Assembly (NCBI GenBank): GCA_043746635.1
Contig: JAYTQQ010000191.1
Location: 1 to 60,777 of the forward strand
Source: Bdellovibrionales bacterium
Lineage (GTDB): Bacteria; Bdellovibrionota; Bdellovibrionia; Bdellovibrionales; JAMPXM01
Direction: 5' to 3'
Length of the DNA stretch: 60,777 nucleotides
Of the stretch, positions 18,041 through 27,213 are shown one piece after another. The stretch's first letter is position 1. Every line of letters starts with the position of its first letter. Below the pieces are notes generated by a model that did not search any database, was not told where the DNA came from, and worked only from the letters and a program-made list of their open reading frames with translations. The position numbers and the translations under genes are program-made.

Positions 18041-19544
18041 TGGTCAAGCACTTGAAGTCAAACCGGGCACGACCATCATGGAGGCCATGCACCAGGCAGA
18101 CCAAGCGATCGCTCATTATTGCTGGCATCCAGGTTTAAGTATTGCCGGTGTTTGCCGCCTTTGCATGGTTGAGATCAAGGGCAATCCGCGTCCGCAGATT
18201 GCGTGTAATACCCAAATCACCGAAGGCATGGAAGTAAACAACAAATCAGCTATGGTCACAGATGCGGTGAAGTGGGGACTTGATTTTCATTTGATCAACC
18301 ATCCACTCGATTGTCCTATTTGCGATCAGGCCGGCGAGTGTGGACTTCAAGAGCAATATATGGAGTTCGGAAAATACACTCCCGAAATGAGTGAAGCGAA
18401 AGTGAAGAAACACAAAGTCGTTGATCTCGGGCCTCGCGTGGTGCTCGATAGCGAACGCTGTATTTTATGTTCTCGTTGCGTACGCTTCACCGATGAAGTG
18501 AGTAAAACCAACGAACTCGGAATTTTCAATCGAGGAGATCGCTCCGAAATTGGTACCGCTCCCGGAGTGAAACTCGACAATAATTATTCAATGAACACCG
18601 TCGACATTTGTCCGGTCGGAGCCCTCACTTCGAAAGATTTCAGATTTCGCCAACGGGTTTGGTTTCTAAAAGAAGTCGACACGATTTGTAACGGCTGTTC
18701 GACAGGTTGTAACATCCGTCTTTACTACAATAAAGAGGGCGTGTTTAGAGCGAAGCCAGTCGAAAACATGGACGTGAACGGGTATTGGATGTGCGACGTA
18801 GGCAGAGATGTTTATAAATACATCAATCGTGAACATCGTTTGCTCGACGCTCGCAATTCGAAGGGTGAATTTTTAGTTCCAATGGTGGCGGCAAAAAAAT
18901 TAGCTGGCGAATTGAAATCAGGCGCAGCACTGGTCTTGACCGGTCAATACACGGTTGAAGAATACGCTTCGATTGTGGGAGCTTTCAAAACCAACCTTGG
19001 GTCTACACAAATTTATCATTGGATCAATAACCCAGAAGAACTCGAAAAGTTCGACGGTATCTTATACCGTGGAGATAAGAATCCAAATACCAAAGGCCTC
19101 ACTCAAATTCTAGAAAAGAACGGTGTGAAAACTACGTGGACGGATCTTGAAAAGAATTTGGCTGATGGCAAGATCGAAACTCTCGTGGTTGCGGCTCCTG
19201 AAAACCAGGCGGCCTACCCAGATTTGGCTTCGAAAGTAGCGCTTTTTGCGAAAGCGAAAAGTTTGGTATGGTTGTCTTCGGCGAAAACTCCTGCGGTTGA
19301 TACACTTGCGAATGCTTTGCAGATCCCGATGAAGAGTTTCTTCGAAAAAGTCGGCACATTCGTGAATTTCAAAGGTATTGAACAAAAAACTCATAAGGGC
19401 CTCGACTTCGCTCCGCAGGCGTTAAGCCTTACGACTTTTGCAGAAATCTTGGTTGGTCAAAATCCATCTCCGGTTGAAGTGAAAGATGCCCATCTTTTAA
19501 AAATGGTTCACAACGAGTATACGGCTCAAAGAGGCGAATTATGA
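18021..19544 (+). CDS. nuoG: NADH-quinone oxidoreductase subunit G, short form (507 aa)
   Basis: ATG 18021 overlaps nuoF by 20 nt. It has the N-terminal 2Fe-2S region (GVCRLCMVE), [17 protein letters not shown] and [12 protein letters not shown]. The C-terminal molybdopterin-like region is much shorter than in the long NuoG forms I remember (roughly 780-910 aa). Confidence 0.85.
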   Translation: MLKCNINGQALEVKPGTTIMEAMHQADQAIAHYCWHPGLSIAGVCRLCMVEIKGNPRPQIACNTQITEGMEVNNKSAMVTDAVKWGLDFHLINHPLDCPICDQAGECGLQEQYMEFGKYTPEMSEAKVKKHKVVDLGPRVVLDSERCILCSRCVRFTDEVSKTNELGIFNRGDRSEIGTAPGVKLDNNYSMNTVDICPVGALTSKDFRFRQRVWFLKEVDTICNGCSTGCNIRLYYNKEGVFRAKPVENMDVNGYWMCDVGRDVYKYINREHRLLDARNSKGEFLVPMVAAKKLAGELKSGAALVLTGQYTVEEYASIVGAFKTNLGSTQIYHWINNPEELEKFDGILYRGDKNPNTKGLTQILEKNGVKTTWTDLEKNLADGKIETLVVAAPENQAAYPDLASKVALFAKAKSLVWLSSAKTPAVDTLANALQIPMKSFFEKVGTFVNFKGIEQKTHKGLDFAPQALSLTTFAEILVGQNPSPVEVKDAHLLKMVHNEYTAQRGEL

Positions 19545-20065
19545 TTCAGGTTAAAAAACCTTCGGCTTCATCGCAGTGGTACTTCGTCGGAATTTTCAGC
19601 GGCATGGCGCTCACGATGAAAAAAATGATCGTGAATCTAGCGAACAAAAAGAAAATGCCGACACTGAATTATCCAGAAGAGAAGTACGAATATTCGAATC
19701 GCTTTAAGGGTAATCACGTTTTGACGGTTAAAAAAGATGGTTCTTTAAGATGTACGGCCTGCATGCTGTGCGCGACGAACTGCCCCGCAGAATGTATACA
19801 TATCGTGGCTGCTGAAAATCAAGATCCGTCGGTCGAAAAATATCCGATTCAGTACGAGATCGATATTCTTCGGTGCGTATTTTGCGGATTTTGCGAAGAG
19901 GCTTGCCCGGTCGATGCCATCCGCATGGGACCTGAATGGCAGACTCCGGCTTTGAATGGCAGCAAATTCATTTACGATATTCAGCATCTCGCATACCGTC
20001 CGAATTTAAAAGGTGGAGTCGTCACCATACTCGACGATAAAGAGCGCCACGAGGCTGGTATTTGA
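19541..20065 (+). CDS. nuoI: NADH-quinone oxidoreductase subunit I
   Basis: Two 4Fe-4S ferredoxin motifs, CTACMLCATNCP and CVFCGFCEEACP. The start overlaps the nuoG stop (ATGA). Confidence 0.9.
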   Translation: MIQVKKPSASSQWYFVGIFSGMALTMKKMIVNLANKKKMPTLNYPEEKYEYSNRFKGNHVLTVKKDGSLRCTACMLCATNCPAECIHIVAAENQDPSVEKYPIQYEIDILRCVFCGFCEEACPVDAIRMGPEWQTPALNGSKFIYDIQHLAYRPNLKGGVVTILDDKERHEAGI

Positions 20066-21093
20066 ATATTCATTTGCCCGCTGATGATATCTGGAGCTCG
20101 CAGAATAAGGCGATACGTCAAGCCTGCGGGCTTGCAGATGATCCCAGGTTCACGGTTCAGATTTTTACGAGTATAAGTCACGCCCTTTCTGAAGTTTGCT
20201 TTTCGCTCAGTGACTTAATTCCGCATAAAAAAACTGTTACGCATTTTGATAAACTTGGGCCCGACTTTGATTCGGTCGCGGTTTCTCTTTCAAAAAAAGA
20301 ACTCACTCTGAGACATTTTTCTAGAGACGAGATTTCGAACCCGGATTATCTGACAGGCTTTTCGAAAGATCTTCTCATGCTCGTAACTTCTTTTGATGAT
20401 CCGATAGTCGCGAGCAAACATGATTTTCTATTCTTAGAAGATCAGCTGAAAGAAAAAAGATATTTTCACATTAAGATTTCAAATTTTTTACATCAGTCAG
20501 AGCCAATTCGTCTGCCAACGCATTACGAAGTTTTGGTACTTTCTTTAACCAATGATCGCACTTTGGTCATTGCGGGGGAAAGGGCTAAACTTAAAGTCGA
20601 ACTGACTCCTAAGCTCCGGATTGATTGGAATTTCGAGAACAAAGTTTCAAATGTCGTGAATGAACTCGCCTTTTTTGAAAAAAACCGAGAAATGAATCCT
20701 TTACAGGCTGAAAAGCTCAAACTGCAAACCGATTATCACTGCCAGCAAATTCTCGCTTTCGAAAAAGATTTGCCTGCGGGTATTACGCCTTATTTTACTT
20801 CGATCAGCGACCGAGTTTTCGATCGAAGCGTCCTCATCTGTGACGGAGTTGATGGCGTAAGTCTCGTAACGAGACTTGCCGAATACGTGGTTGAGCCGAA
20901 CGATGATTTACTCGAGACCACCAGTCTCTGCCGCTGGCAAAATGCAAAGCTCTTTGAGTATCTTGACTGTTCTCAAAATTTGCGTGGCCTGATCTTGATT
21001 GATGCAAAACTTCTCAATTCGGTTTTTAAAACTCTCTTGGGCAAAGTGTATAAAGACTTACTTGCCGAACAAAACGAAACTTTAATCCTTTAG
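20062..21093 (+). CDS. Hypothetical protein translationally coupled to nuoI (possible degenerate class-V aminotransferase / NifS-like fold)
   Basis: The TTG start overlaps the nuoI stop (TTGA 20062-20065), and there is no in-frame ATG for about 100 codons. By eye it is collinear with IscS/NifS blocks (FTSISHALSEV...; LMLVTSFDDPIVA...; RYFHIKISNFLHQ), but I see no HK PLP-lysine motif. Confidence 0.45.
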   Translation: MNIHLPADDIWSSQNKAIRQACGLADDPRFTVQIFTSISHALSEVCFSLSDLIPHKKTVTHFDKLGPDFDSVAVSLSKKELTLRHFSRDEISNPDYLTGFSKDLLMLVTSFDDPIVASKHDFLFLEDQLKEKRYFHIKISNFLHQSEPIRLPTHYEVLVLSLTNDRTLVIAGERAKLKVELTPKLRIDWNFENKVSNVVNELAFFEKNREMNPLQAEKLKLQTDYHCQQILAFEKDLPAGITPYFTSISDRVFDRSVLICDGVDGVSLVTRLAEYVVEPNDDLLETTSLCRWQNAKLFEYLDCSQNLRGLILIDAKLLNSVFKTLLGKVYKDLLAEQNETLIL

Positions 21094-21094
21094 A

Positions 21095-21156
21095 AACTGG
21101 CCCACTACCGTGTTGAGGAAAAAACAAATCCTCATCAACACGGTAAGGGGCCAGTT
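21095..21156. terminator. Long imperfect hairpin between convergent genes (bidirectional terminator candidate)
   Basis: ctggcccactaccgtgttgagga (left arm) pairs with tcctcatcaacacggtaaggggccag (right arm). The stem is about 23 bp with a few mismatches and is flanked by an A-run on the left and TTTT on the right. Confidence 0.6.
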
Positions 21157-22095
21157 TTAGACAGACTCGCTGTTAAAATACTTGAGCGAACTTTTAAGTC
21201 CAGCTTCAAGGTCTACTTGAGGATCATACTTCAGTAATTCGCGCGCTTTCGAAATATCAGGGCGGCGCTGTTTGGGATCGTTTTCGCCGAGGGGCATGAA
21301 TTCAAGCGAAGATTTGCTAGAAGTCAGGATTTTAATTTGTTCAGCGATTTCAAGTACACTGCGCTCGATTGGATTGCCAAGATTTATCGGAGTTTCGACG
21401 TTACTTTGCATGAGCAAAAATAAACCTTCGACGAGGTCGCTCACGTAACAAAAGCTACGTGTTTGTTTTCCGTCGCCGAAAATGCTCAGGGCTTTTCCGC
21501 TGAGGGCTTGAGAGAAAAAATTTGGAATGATACGTCCATCGCTCGGGCGCATTCGTGGTCCGTAGGTGTTAAAGATCCTCGCGATACGAATCGCTACGCC
21601 GAATTCTTTTTTATATCCGAGAGAAAGGGCTTCGCCGACTCGTTTGGCCTCATCGTAGCAGCTGCGGAGTCCGAAGCTGTTGACGTTCCCAAAATAACTT
21701 TCGATCTGTGGATGAATCTCGGCATCGCCGTAAACTTCGCTTGAGCTTGCGAATAAAATACGTGCGCTGTTTCTACGAGCGAGCTCAAGTAAATTTTTGT
21801 GCCCGTGTGTAGCCGTTTCTAAAATAAAAATAGGCATTTTGGGAAAATCAACAGGAGAAGCGGGCGAAGCCATATTATATATCTGGTCGAAGCCAATAGA
21901 TAATTCGGGCCTGGTAAACGTCGCTGCCTCATTTATGTTTGCTTCAACAAATGCAATTTTTAATCCGTCTAGATTTTTTTTTCGGCCGGTTACGAGCGAG
22001 TCAACAACGGTTACTTCAAAGCCTTCTTTCAAAAGCTTTTCGCAAAGGTGACTTCCGATAAATCCGGCACCGCCGGCAACGAGGACTTTCATCAA
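21157..22095 (-). CDS. UDP-glucuronate decarboxylase (UDP-xylose synthase family SDR)
   Basis: GGAGFIGSHL Rossmann motif and YDEAKR (YxxxK). Overall the protein resembles the UXS / ArnA-C-terminal-like extended SDR family. It overlaps the ugd stop by 4 nt. Confidence 0.8.
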   Translation of the reverse strand: MMKVLVAGGAGFIGSHLCEKLLKEGFEVTVVDSLVTGRKKNLDGLKIAFVEANINEAATFTRPELSIGFDQIYNMASPASPVDFPKMPIFILETATHGHKNLLELARRNSARILFASSSEVYGDAEIHPQIESYFGNVNSFGLRSCYDEAKRVGEALSLGYKKEFGVAIRIARIFNTYGPRMRPSDGRIIPNFFSQALSGKALSIFGDGKQTRSFCYVSDLVEGLFLLMQSNVETPINLGNPIERSVLEIAEQIKILTSSKSSLEFMPLGENDPKQRRPDISKARELLKYDPQVDLEAGLKSSLKYFNSESV

Positions 22096-23408
22096 ACTCC
22101 GCCCAAAATCTGCCGACCAATGCAGAAGTATTTAAAGCCGGCAGAGGCCGCCTTTTTTGGATCGAGAATATTACGACCGTCAAAAATCACGTGACCCGCC
22201 ATTAAAGTTTTCATGCGTTCAAAGTTAGGAGTTCGAAATTCATTCCACTCGGTGACGATCGCGAGAGCGTCGACCCCGTGAAGTGCATCTTCCGCAGAGA
22301 TTGCGAATTCGAAAGCCACCTTGGATGCTGCGCGAGCAGTCTCGTGGGCGACCGGATCAAACGCGCGTACTTTTGCACCTAAACGGACCAACTCTTTGAT
22401 GATCTCAAGGCTTGGAGCTTCACGCACGTCATCCGTTCGAGGTTTAAATGCGAGTCCCCAGATGGCGATGGTTTTGCCTTTGAGATTTGCTTCTCCACCA
22501 AAGTGACTAAGCATTTTATCGATGAGCACCAGTTTCTGACGATCATTTACTTGGTCGGCTGCTTGCACGATCGACATCGCGATGCCGACTTCTTGGCCGG
22601 TATGAACAAGTGCTTTCACATCTTTCGGAAAGCAGCTTCCGCCGTAGCCGACTCCAGGGTAGAAAAAGGCCGGGTTAATGCGAGAGTCGCTGGTGAATCC
22701 ACGTCGAACATCGTTAATGTCGGCTCCGAGTTTATCCGCGACGAGAGCGAGCTCATTGATAAAGCTAATTTTGACAGAAAGAAATGCGTTGGCGGCATAC
22801 TTCGTCATCTCGGCTGAAGTATTATCCATAAATAAAAGTGTATTTGAGTTATGTAAAAAAGGTTCGTAGATTTCGGTCATCAGATTTTGCGCTTCTTGGC
22901 TGCGGCATCCGATAACGACGCGGTCGGGGCGCAAGAAGTCGTCAATCGCGGCGCCTTCTTTCAGAAACTCGGGGTTCGAAACAATTTGGATTTCGTGTTT
23001 GCTGAGCTCTCCGCAGAATTTGACCAAACGATTCGCGGTACCGATCGGAACTGTACTTTTCATCACGATGAACTTTTTTTCGTTCGCGAGCTTACAAATT
23101 TGTTCGACGACAGCCAACGTAGGGCCCATGTCGGCACTGCCGTCGGTAGTTTCGGGAGTTCCAACGGCGATGAAGATGACTTTATTCTTTTCAACAGCGG
23201 CTTTGAGATCGGTCGTAAATGCGAGACGATCTTTTGATTTCGCAAGCAAGTCTTCAAGGCCTGGCTCATAAATCGGGATGGAGCCTTGTTTGAGCTTCGC
23301 AATCTTGTCGGCATCGCGGTCGACGCAGGTCACAAAATGACCCCCATCCGCGAAGCAAACGCCCGCGACTAAACCTACGTATCCTGAGCCGACGACGGCA
23401 ATATTCAT
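22092..23408 (-). CDS. ugd: UDP-glucose 6-dehydrogenase
   Basis: I chose start 23408 because AGGAG lies 7 nt upstream. Motifs are VVGSGYVGLV and the catalytic GGSCFPKD. Confidence 0.9.
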   Translation of the reverse strand: MNIAVVGSGYVGLVAGVCFADGGHFVTCVDRDADKIAKLKQGSIPIYEPGLEDLLAKSKDRLAFTTDLKAAVEKNKVIFIAVGTPETTDGSADMGPTLAVVEQICKLANEKKFIVMKSTVPIGTANRLVKFCGELSKHEIQIVSNPEFLKEGAAIDDFLRPDRVVIGCRSQEAQNLMTEIYEPFLHNSNTLLFMDNTSAEMTKYAANAFLSVKISFINELALVADKLGADINDVRRGFTSDSRINPAFFYPGVGYGGSCFPKDVKALVHTGQEVGIAMSIVQAADQVNDRQKLVLIDKMLSHFGGEANLKGKTIAIWGLAFKPRTDDVREAPSLEIIKELVRLGAKVRAFDPVAHETARAASKVAFEFAISAEDALHGVDALAIVTEWNEFRTPNFERMKTLMAGHVIFDGRNILDPKKAASAGFKYFCIGRQILGGV

Positions 23409-23501
23409 CAATGTACTCCTAAAGTCCATTTCATCTCACGAATTGGGGTCTGACTCAATTGCTTTTAAGCTAAAATACGGCTATCAAAGGTTGAGGTCCT
23501 T

Positions 23502-24509
23502 TTGAAACAAAACTTCATAAAAATACTCACACCGATAGCTAAAGTTGCTTTAGCCGTAGGCCTGATTTTCTATCTCATCCACAGAGGGAGCCTTGATTTC
23601 TCGGTTTTTTCGCAAGTGGCGAAGCCGAGCTCTCTCGCCGTGCTTTTTGTGCTCACCTTTTTTGGACTTTACCTTAATAATATTCGCTGGCATTTTTTGG
23701 TGAAAGGGCAGGGAATCCGCATTAAAGATCTCGAACTCTTAAAACTCACCTTTATTGGTCTATTTTTCAACTACGCCATGCCCGGCGGAGTCGGAGGCGA
23801 CGTCGTCAAGGGCGTCTACATGGTCAAAGATCAGCCTGAGCATAAGTACGCATCGGCGGTCAGTATTTTCATGGACCGTGCGATTGGTTTTTTTGTCATG
23901 ACGATCGTGGCGAGCATGGCATTTCTTTTTAATTGGAGTCTCGTTCGGAGCTCTCGCCCGCTGATGGCGATTGCGTTCGCTATTTTTGCTCTCACCCTTG
24001 GTTTTTTTGTATTCTTCGGCTTCTCGCTTTCTCTTAAAATTCGCGAGTCTCATTTTGTCGAGAAGTTTTTTAAAATTCTCCCATTCGGAAATAAATTCAG
24101 ACAAATTTATTTAAGTCTTCACTCGTATCGTAAATGTCCTCGCGAACTGTTGATCGCGTTTGCGATCAGTTTTGTTTCGCAATTTACCGGCACTTACTTT
24201 TTCTACTTTCTTGGTCAAATTCTGCATGTTGATCTCGCGATCGGGCTTTACCTGTTTATCGTTCCGGCGGGTATGATCGTGATGGCTCTCCCTATTTCTC
24301 CGGCCGGGGTGGGTGTTGGCCAAGTGGCGTTTTTATATTTATTTAACTTACTTCTCGGGGCCGACTCTCATTTTGGAGCCACGGCCGTAACGCTTGCCCA
24401 AGTCATTCAGTTATGTTGGGCTTTATTGGGCGCTGTTTTTTACATTCAGCGCAGAGGGACTCATGCAAGTCAAAGAACGAGTATTCGTGATGAGGCTTCA
24501 CAAATATAG
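23502..24509 (+). CDS. UPF0104 / lysylphosphatidylglycerol-synthase-TM-like (flippase-like) membrane protein
   Basis: TTG start with GAGG upstream. About 8 TM helices. The conserved loop is MPGGVGGDVVKG. Confidence 0.7.
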   Translation: MKQNFIKILTPIAKVALAVGLIFYLIHRGSLDFSVFSQVAKPSSLAVLFVLTFFGLYLNNIRWHFLVKGQGIRIKDLELLKLTFIGLFFNYAMPGGVGGDVVKGVYMVKDQPEHKYASAVSIFMDRAIGFFVMTIVASMAFLFNWSLVRSSRPLMAIAFAIFALTLGFFVFFGFSLSLKIRESHFVEKFFKILPFGNKFRQIYLSLHSYRKCPRELLIAFAISFVSQFTGTYFFYFLGQILHVDLAIGLYLFIVPAGMIVMALPISPAGVGVGQVAFLYLFNLLLGADSHFGATAVTLAQVIQLCWALLGAVFYIQRRGTHASQRTSIRDEASQI

Positions 24510-25083
24510 TGATGCCGATCTCATTATTCACTGCCTGACTTCGAAAGGTGCGAAACTTTCGTTGTTCGCACGCTCTGCACTCAAAAGTAAAAAACGCTTT
24601 GGCGGGGGAGTGTTTGAGCCTACGCACTATATCGAAGTGGTTTACCAAAAAAAGAATGACGATGGCGGAGGCCTCTGCACTGTCTCTGAAGCCCAGATCA
24701 TCAAAGATTTTTCGAAATTAAGATCCGACTACGCAAGGCTTCAGTTAGGACTCCACTTTGTTCACCTGGTCGATCAAGTCATGCGAGAAGGAGATGAGCA
24801 CTCGAGCGCAATCTTCGATCTTCTCGGGAACGGCCTTTCGACGCTCGAAACTTCGACCGAGCTTGAAAAACTCAAACTTCATTTCGAAGTCAAACTTCTC
24901 AGCAGTCAGGGGGTTCTACCGATCGAAGCCTCGGAAGCTCAACTCTTGAGTCTTTCTATTTCTGAACACGGGACTATTGATCTTAACGAAGGCTTGCTGA
25001 AAAAGCTTAATAATTCGGTTCAGGGCATTTTGCGAGAGTATCTGCCGTACGCGAAGCCCACCCATCTTTTGCAAGATCCATGA
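24463..25083 (+). CDS. recO: DNA repair protein RecO
   Basis: N-terminal OB-fold pattern MQVKERVFVMRLHKYSDADLIIHCLTSKGAKLSLFARSALKSKKRFGG. I moved the start from 24394 to ATG 24463. Confidence 0.8.
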   Translation: MQVKERVFVMRLHKYSDADLIIHCLTSKGAKLSLFARSALKSKKRFGGGVFEPTHYIEVVYQKKNDDGGGLCTVSEAQIIKDFSKLRSDYARLQLGLHFVHLVDQVMREGDEHSSAIFDLLGNGLSTLETSTELEKLKLHFEVKLLSSQGVLPIEASEAQLLSLSISEHGTIDLNEGLLKKLNNSVQGILREYLPYAKPTHLLQDP

Positions 25084-25161
25084 ATAATTTTCGGCCCGCC
25101 TTGCGCGTCTCGCAAAAGGGCGGTACTTCTCTCGTCTAAATTCGAATCGTAAAGGGATAGT

Positions 25162-26292
25162 ATGGCGCGCTTTTTTGTAATGACCTCTCGGGGCCTCGGT
25201 GACGTATTGTATGATGAAGTTTCAAAACTCGGAGTCACCAAAGTTTTGAAAGGCCAGGGCGGAGTTTTTTTTGAAAGCAATTGGGCCGGCTGTTACCGCG
25301 CGAATATTCGCCTCCGAAGTGCAACGCGCGTTCTTTTACCGATCTTAGATTTTCCGGCCTACAATCCTGAAGAGCTCTACAACAACATCAAGAAACATGA
25401 TTTTACGAAGTACATCGAGCCTGGTCAAACGATGGCGGTCGATGCGAACATTCGTGATTGCGGAGTTTTTCGAGATCAAAGATTTGTCGCGATGAAAATC
25501 AAAGATGCCGTCGTGGATCAATTCAGCGATAAATTTGGAGTACGTCCCGATGTCGATGGTAAGAATCCACATCTGTCGATCGTCGTTCGAGGAGTTAAAA
25601 ATCAATTTTCCGTTAGCATCGATACGTCTGGCGAACCGCTCTTCAAGCGTGGGTACAAAAATCTTAAGATGGTTCCGGCTCCGCTAAAAGAACATGTTGC
25701 TGCAGGCTTACTCCTCGCGACCGATTGGAAGCGAGATACCCCCGTCGTTGATCCAATGTGCGGCGGAGGAACTTTTTTGATCGAAGCCGCACTCATGGCT
25801 CTCAAAATTTCTCCGGGAACACTTCGTAAGTCTTTTGCATTTCAAAATTTTATCGGTTTCAAGCCAGAAGAATTTGCCGAAGAGCTTGAAGCCGCGATGA
25901 ACGAAGAGCTCGACTCTTTACCCTTTAAATTTTATGGCTATGATCTCGATCGAGATGCGGTTCAAATCGCGCTCGCGAATGTTCACGCCGCGGGCCTTGA
26001 TGAGTACATCGATATTGAGCGAGGCCCGATCGAAACTCTGAAAGCACCGGTCGAAGTGGGTATGGTCGTGACAAATCCACCTTACGGTGAGCGCCTGTCG
26101 ACGGCATTTGAGCTCGAAGAACTTTATCTCAACATGGCCCACACGCTTAAAACTAATTTCAAAGGTTGGGATTGTTGGATTCTTTCGGGAGAGCCAGAGC
26201 TCACAAAATTTATGAAATTAAAAGCTGAGCGTCGTGTGCCTGTTTTCAATGGGCCAATTGAATGTCGATTTCTCAAATATAAAATGTTTTAA
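25162..26292 (+). CDS. THUMP-domain class I SAM-dependent RNA methyltransferase (RlmL/UPF0020-like)
   Basis: An N-terminal THUMP-like region is followed by a methyltransferase core with DPMCGGGTFLIEA and NPPYGERL. Confidence 0.8.
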   Translation: MARFFVMTSRGLGDVLYDEVSKLGVTKVLKGQGGVFFESNWAGCYRANIRLRSATRVLLPILDFPAYNPEELYNNIKKHDFTKYIEPGQTMAVDANIRDCGVFRDQRFVAMKIKDAVVDQFSDKFGVRPDVDGKNPHLSIVVRGVKNQFSVSIDTSGEPLFKRGYKNLKMVPAPLKEHVAAGLLLATDWKRDTPVVDPMCGGGTFLIEAALMALKISPGTLRKSFAFQNFIGFKPEEFAEELEAAMNEELDSLPFKFYGYDLDRDAVQIALANVHAAGLDEYIDIERGPIETLKAPVEVGMVVTNPPYGERLSTAFELEELYLNMAHTLKTNFKGWDCWILSGEPELTKFMKLKAERRVPVFNGPIECRFLKYKMF

Positions 26293-26324
26293 AAAACGAA
26301 AACGAGGCGATAAATTTCATATGC

Positions 26325-26684
26325 CTACCAAGGTTTAAAGATGGCGAGCAGTGCTCCAATACTTGCGACGACAAAAACAGATCCGAGCAGGGCTCCGGCT
26401 GATTTGGGTTTACGGTGAATGAAAGCTATCACTCCGCCTAGATAGAGCCAGACTACAAATTTGCCGTAAACCCAACTGTGAAGAGGTTCTTCAGGGTAGA
26501 GATGCTTGGCGAGCATAAACCCGGTTACGATAATCAGAAGAAGGGCCGTGCCGCTCAACATGGAGAGCACTTTACGTGGCGAGTAATTTTTAGTCCCCCC
26601 CAGATGAACGGCGGCCCCGCCGAGGTTCATCAGGACCAAAAAAATCATGCTGAGATGAAGCCATTTTAAAATCTCGTAATTCAT
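26325..26684 (-). CDS. Small 4-TM membrane protein (SirB2-like?)
   Basis: Four hydrophobic helices in 119 aa. I recognise no catalytic motif. Confidence 0.5.
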   Translation of the reverse strand: MNYEILKWLHLSMIFLVLMNLGGAAVHLGGTKNYSPRKVLSMLSGTALLLIIVTGFMLAKHLYPEEPLHSWVYGKFVVWLYLGGVIAFIHRKPKSAGALLGSVFVVASIGALLAIFKPW

Positions 26685-26757
26685 GGGGAGCCTTTCGTTG
26701 ACATTTGTTCTCTCCTATAATGTCGTACTACTCAGCCACTTTTTCAAGAGGACTTTT

Positions 26758-27210
26758 ATGAAATCAAAAGCCGCACTCACAGATAAAATTTCGGACCTTC
26801 ACAGGTCCGCCGCTCAAGCTAAAAAGTTTTCGTACAGCCCTTATTCTGGTTTTCAGGTAGGAGCGGCTCTCCTCACTCCAGAAAATGAAGTGATCTTCGG
26901 TACCAACGTTGAGAATGCCAGTTACGGCTCGACGATTTGTGCCGAGCGAACTGCCATTCTGAAGGCCGTGAGTGAAGGTTGTACGCAATTCACCGATATC
27001 GTGATCGTGACAGACTCGAAAACGCCGGCAGCCCCGTGTGGAATGTGCCTGCAAGTCATGGCAGAGTTTTTTGCAGATGATGCGCGCATTTGGCTCGGAG
27101 ATTCACGTAAGGTTCAAAAATGTTATGCGTTTAAAGATTTGCTAATGCAAAGATTTGGGCCTAAAGATTTGAAGAAGCCAGCACCCTACGAAAAGAAAAA
27201 AAAGAAGTAA
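26758..27210 (+). CDS. cdd: Cytidine deaminase
   Basis: Zn-binding motifs CAERTA and PCGMCLQ. I moved the start to ATG 26758. The C-terminus is a Lys run (KKKKK). Confidence 0.88.
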   Translation: MKSKAALTDKISDLHRSAAQAKKFSYSPYSGFQVGAALLTPENEVIFGTNVENASYGSTICAERTAILKAVSEGCTQFTDIVIVTDSKTPAAPCGMCLQVMAEFFADDARIWLGDSRKVQKCYAFKDLLMQRFGPKDLKKPAPYEKKKKK

Positions 27211-27213
27211 AAT

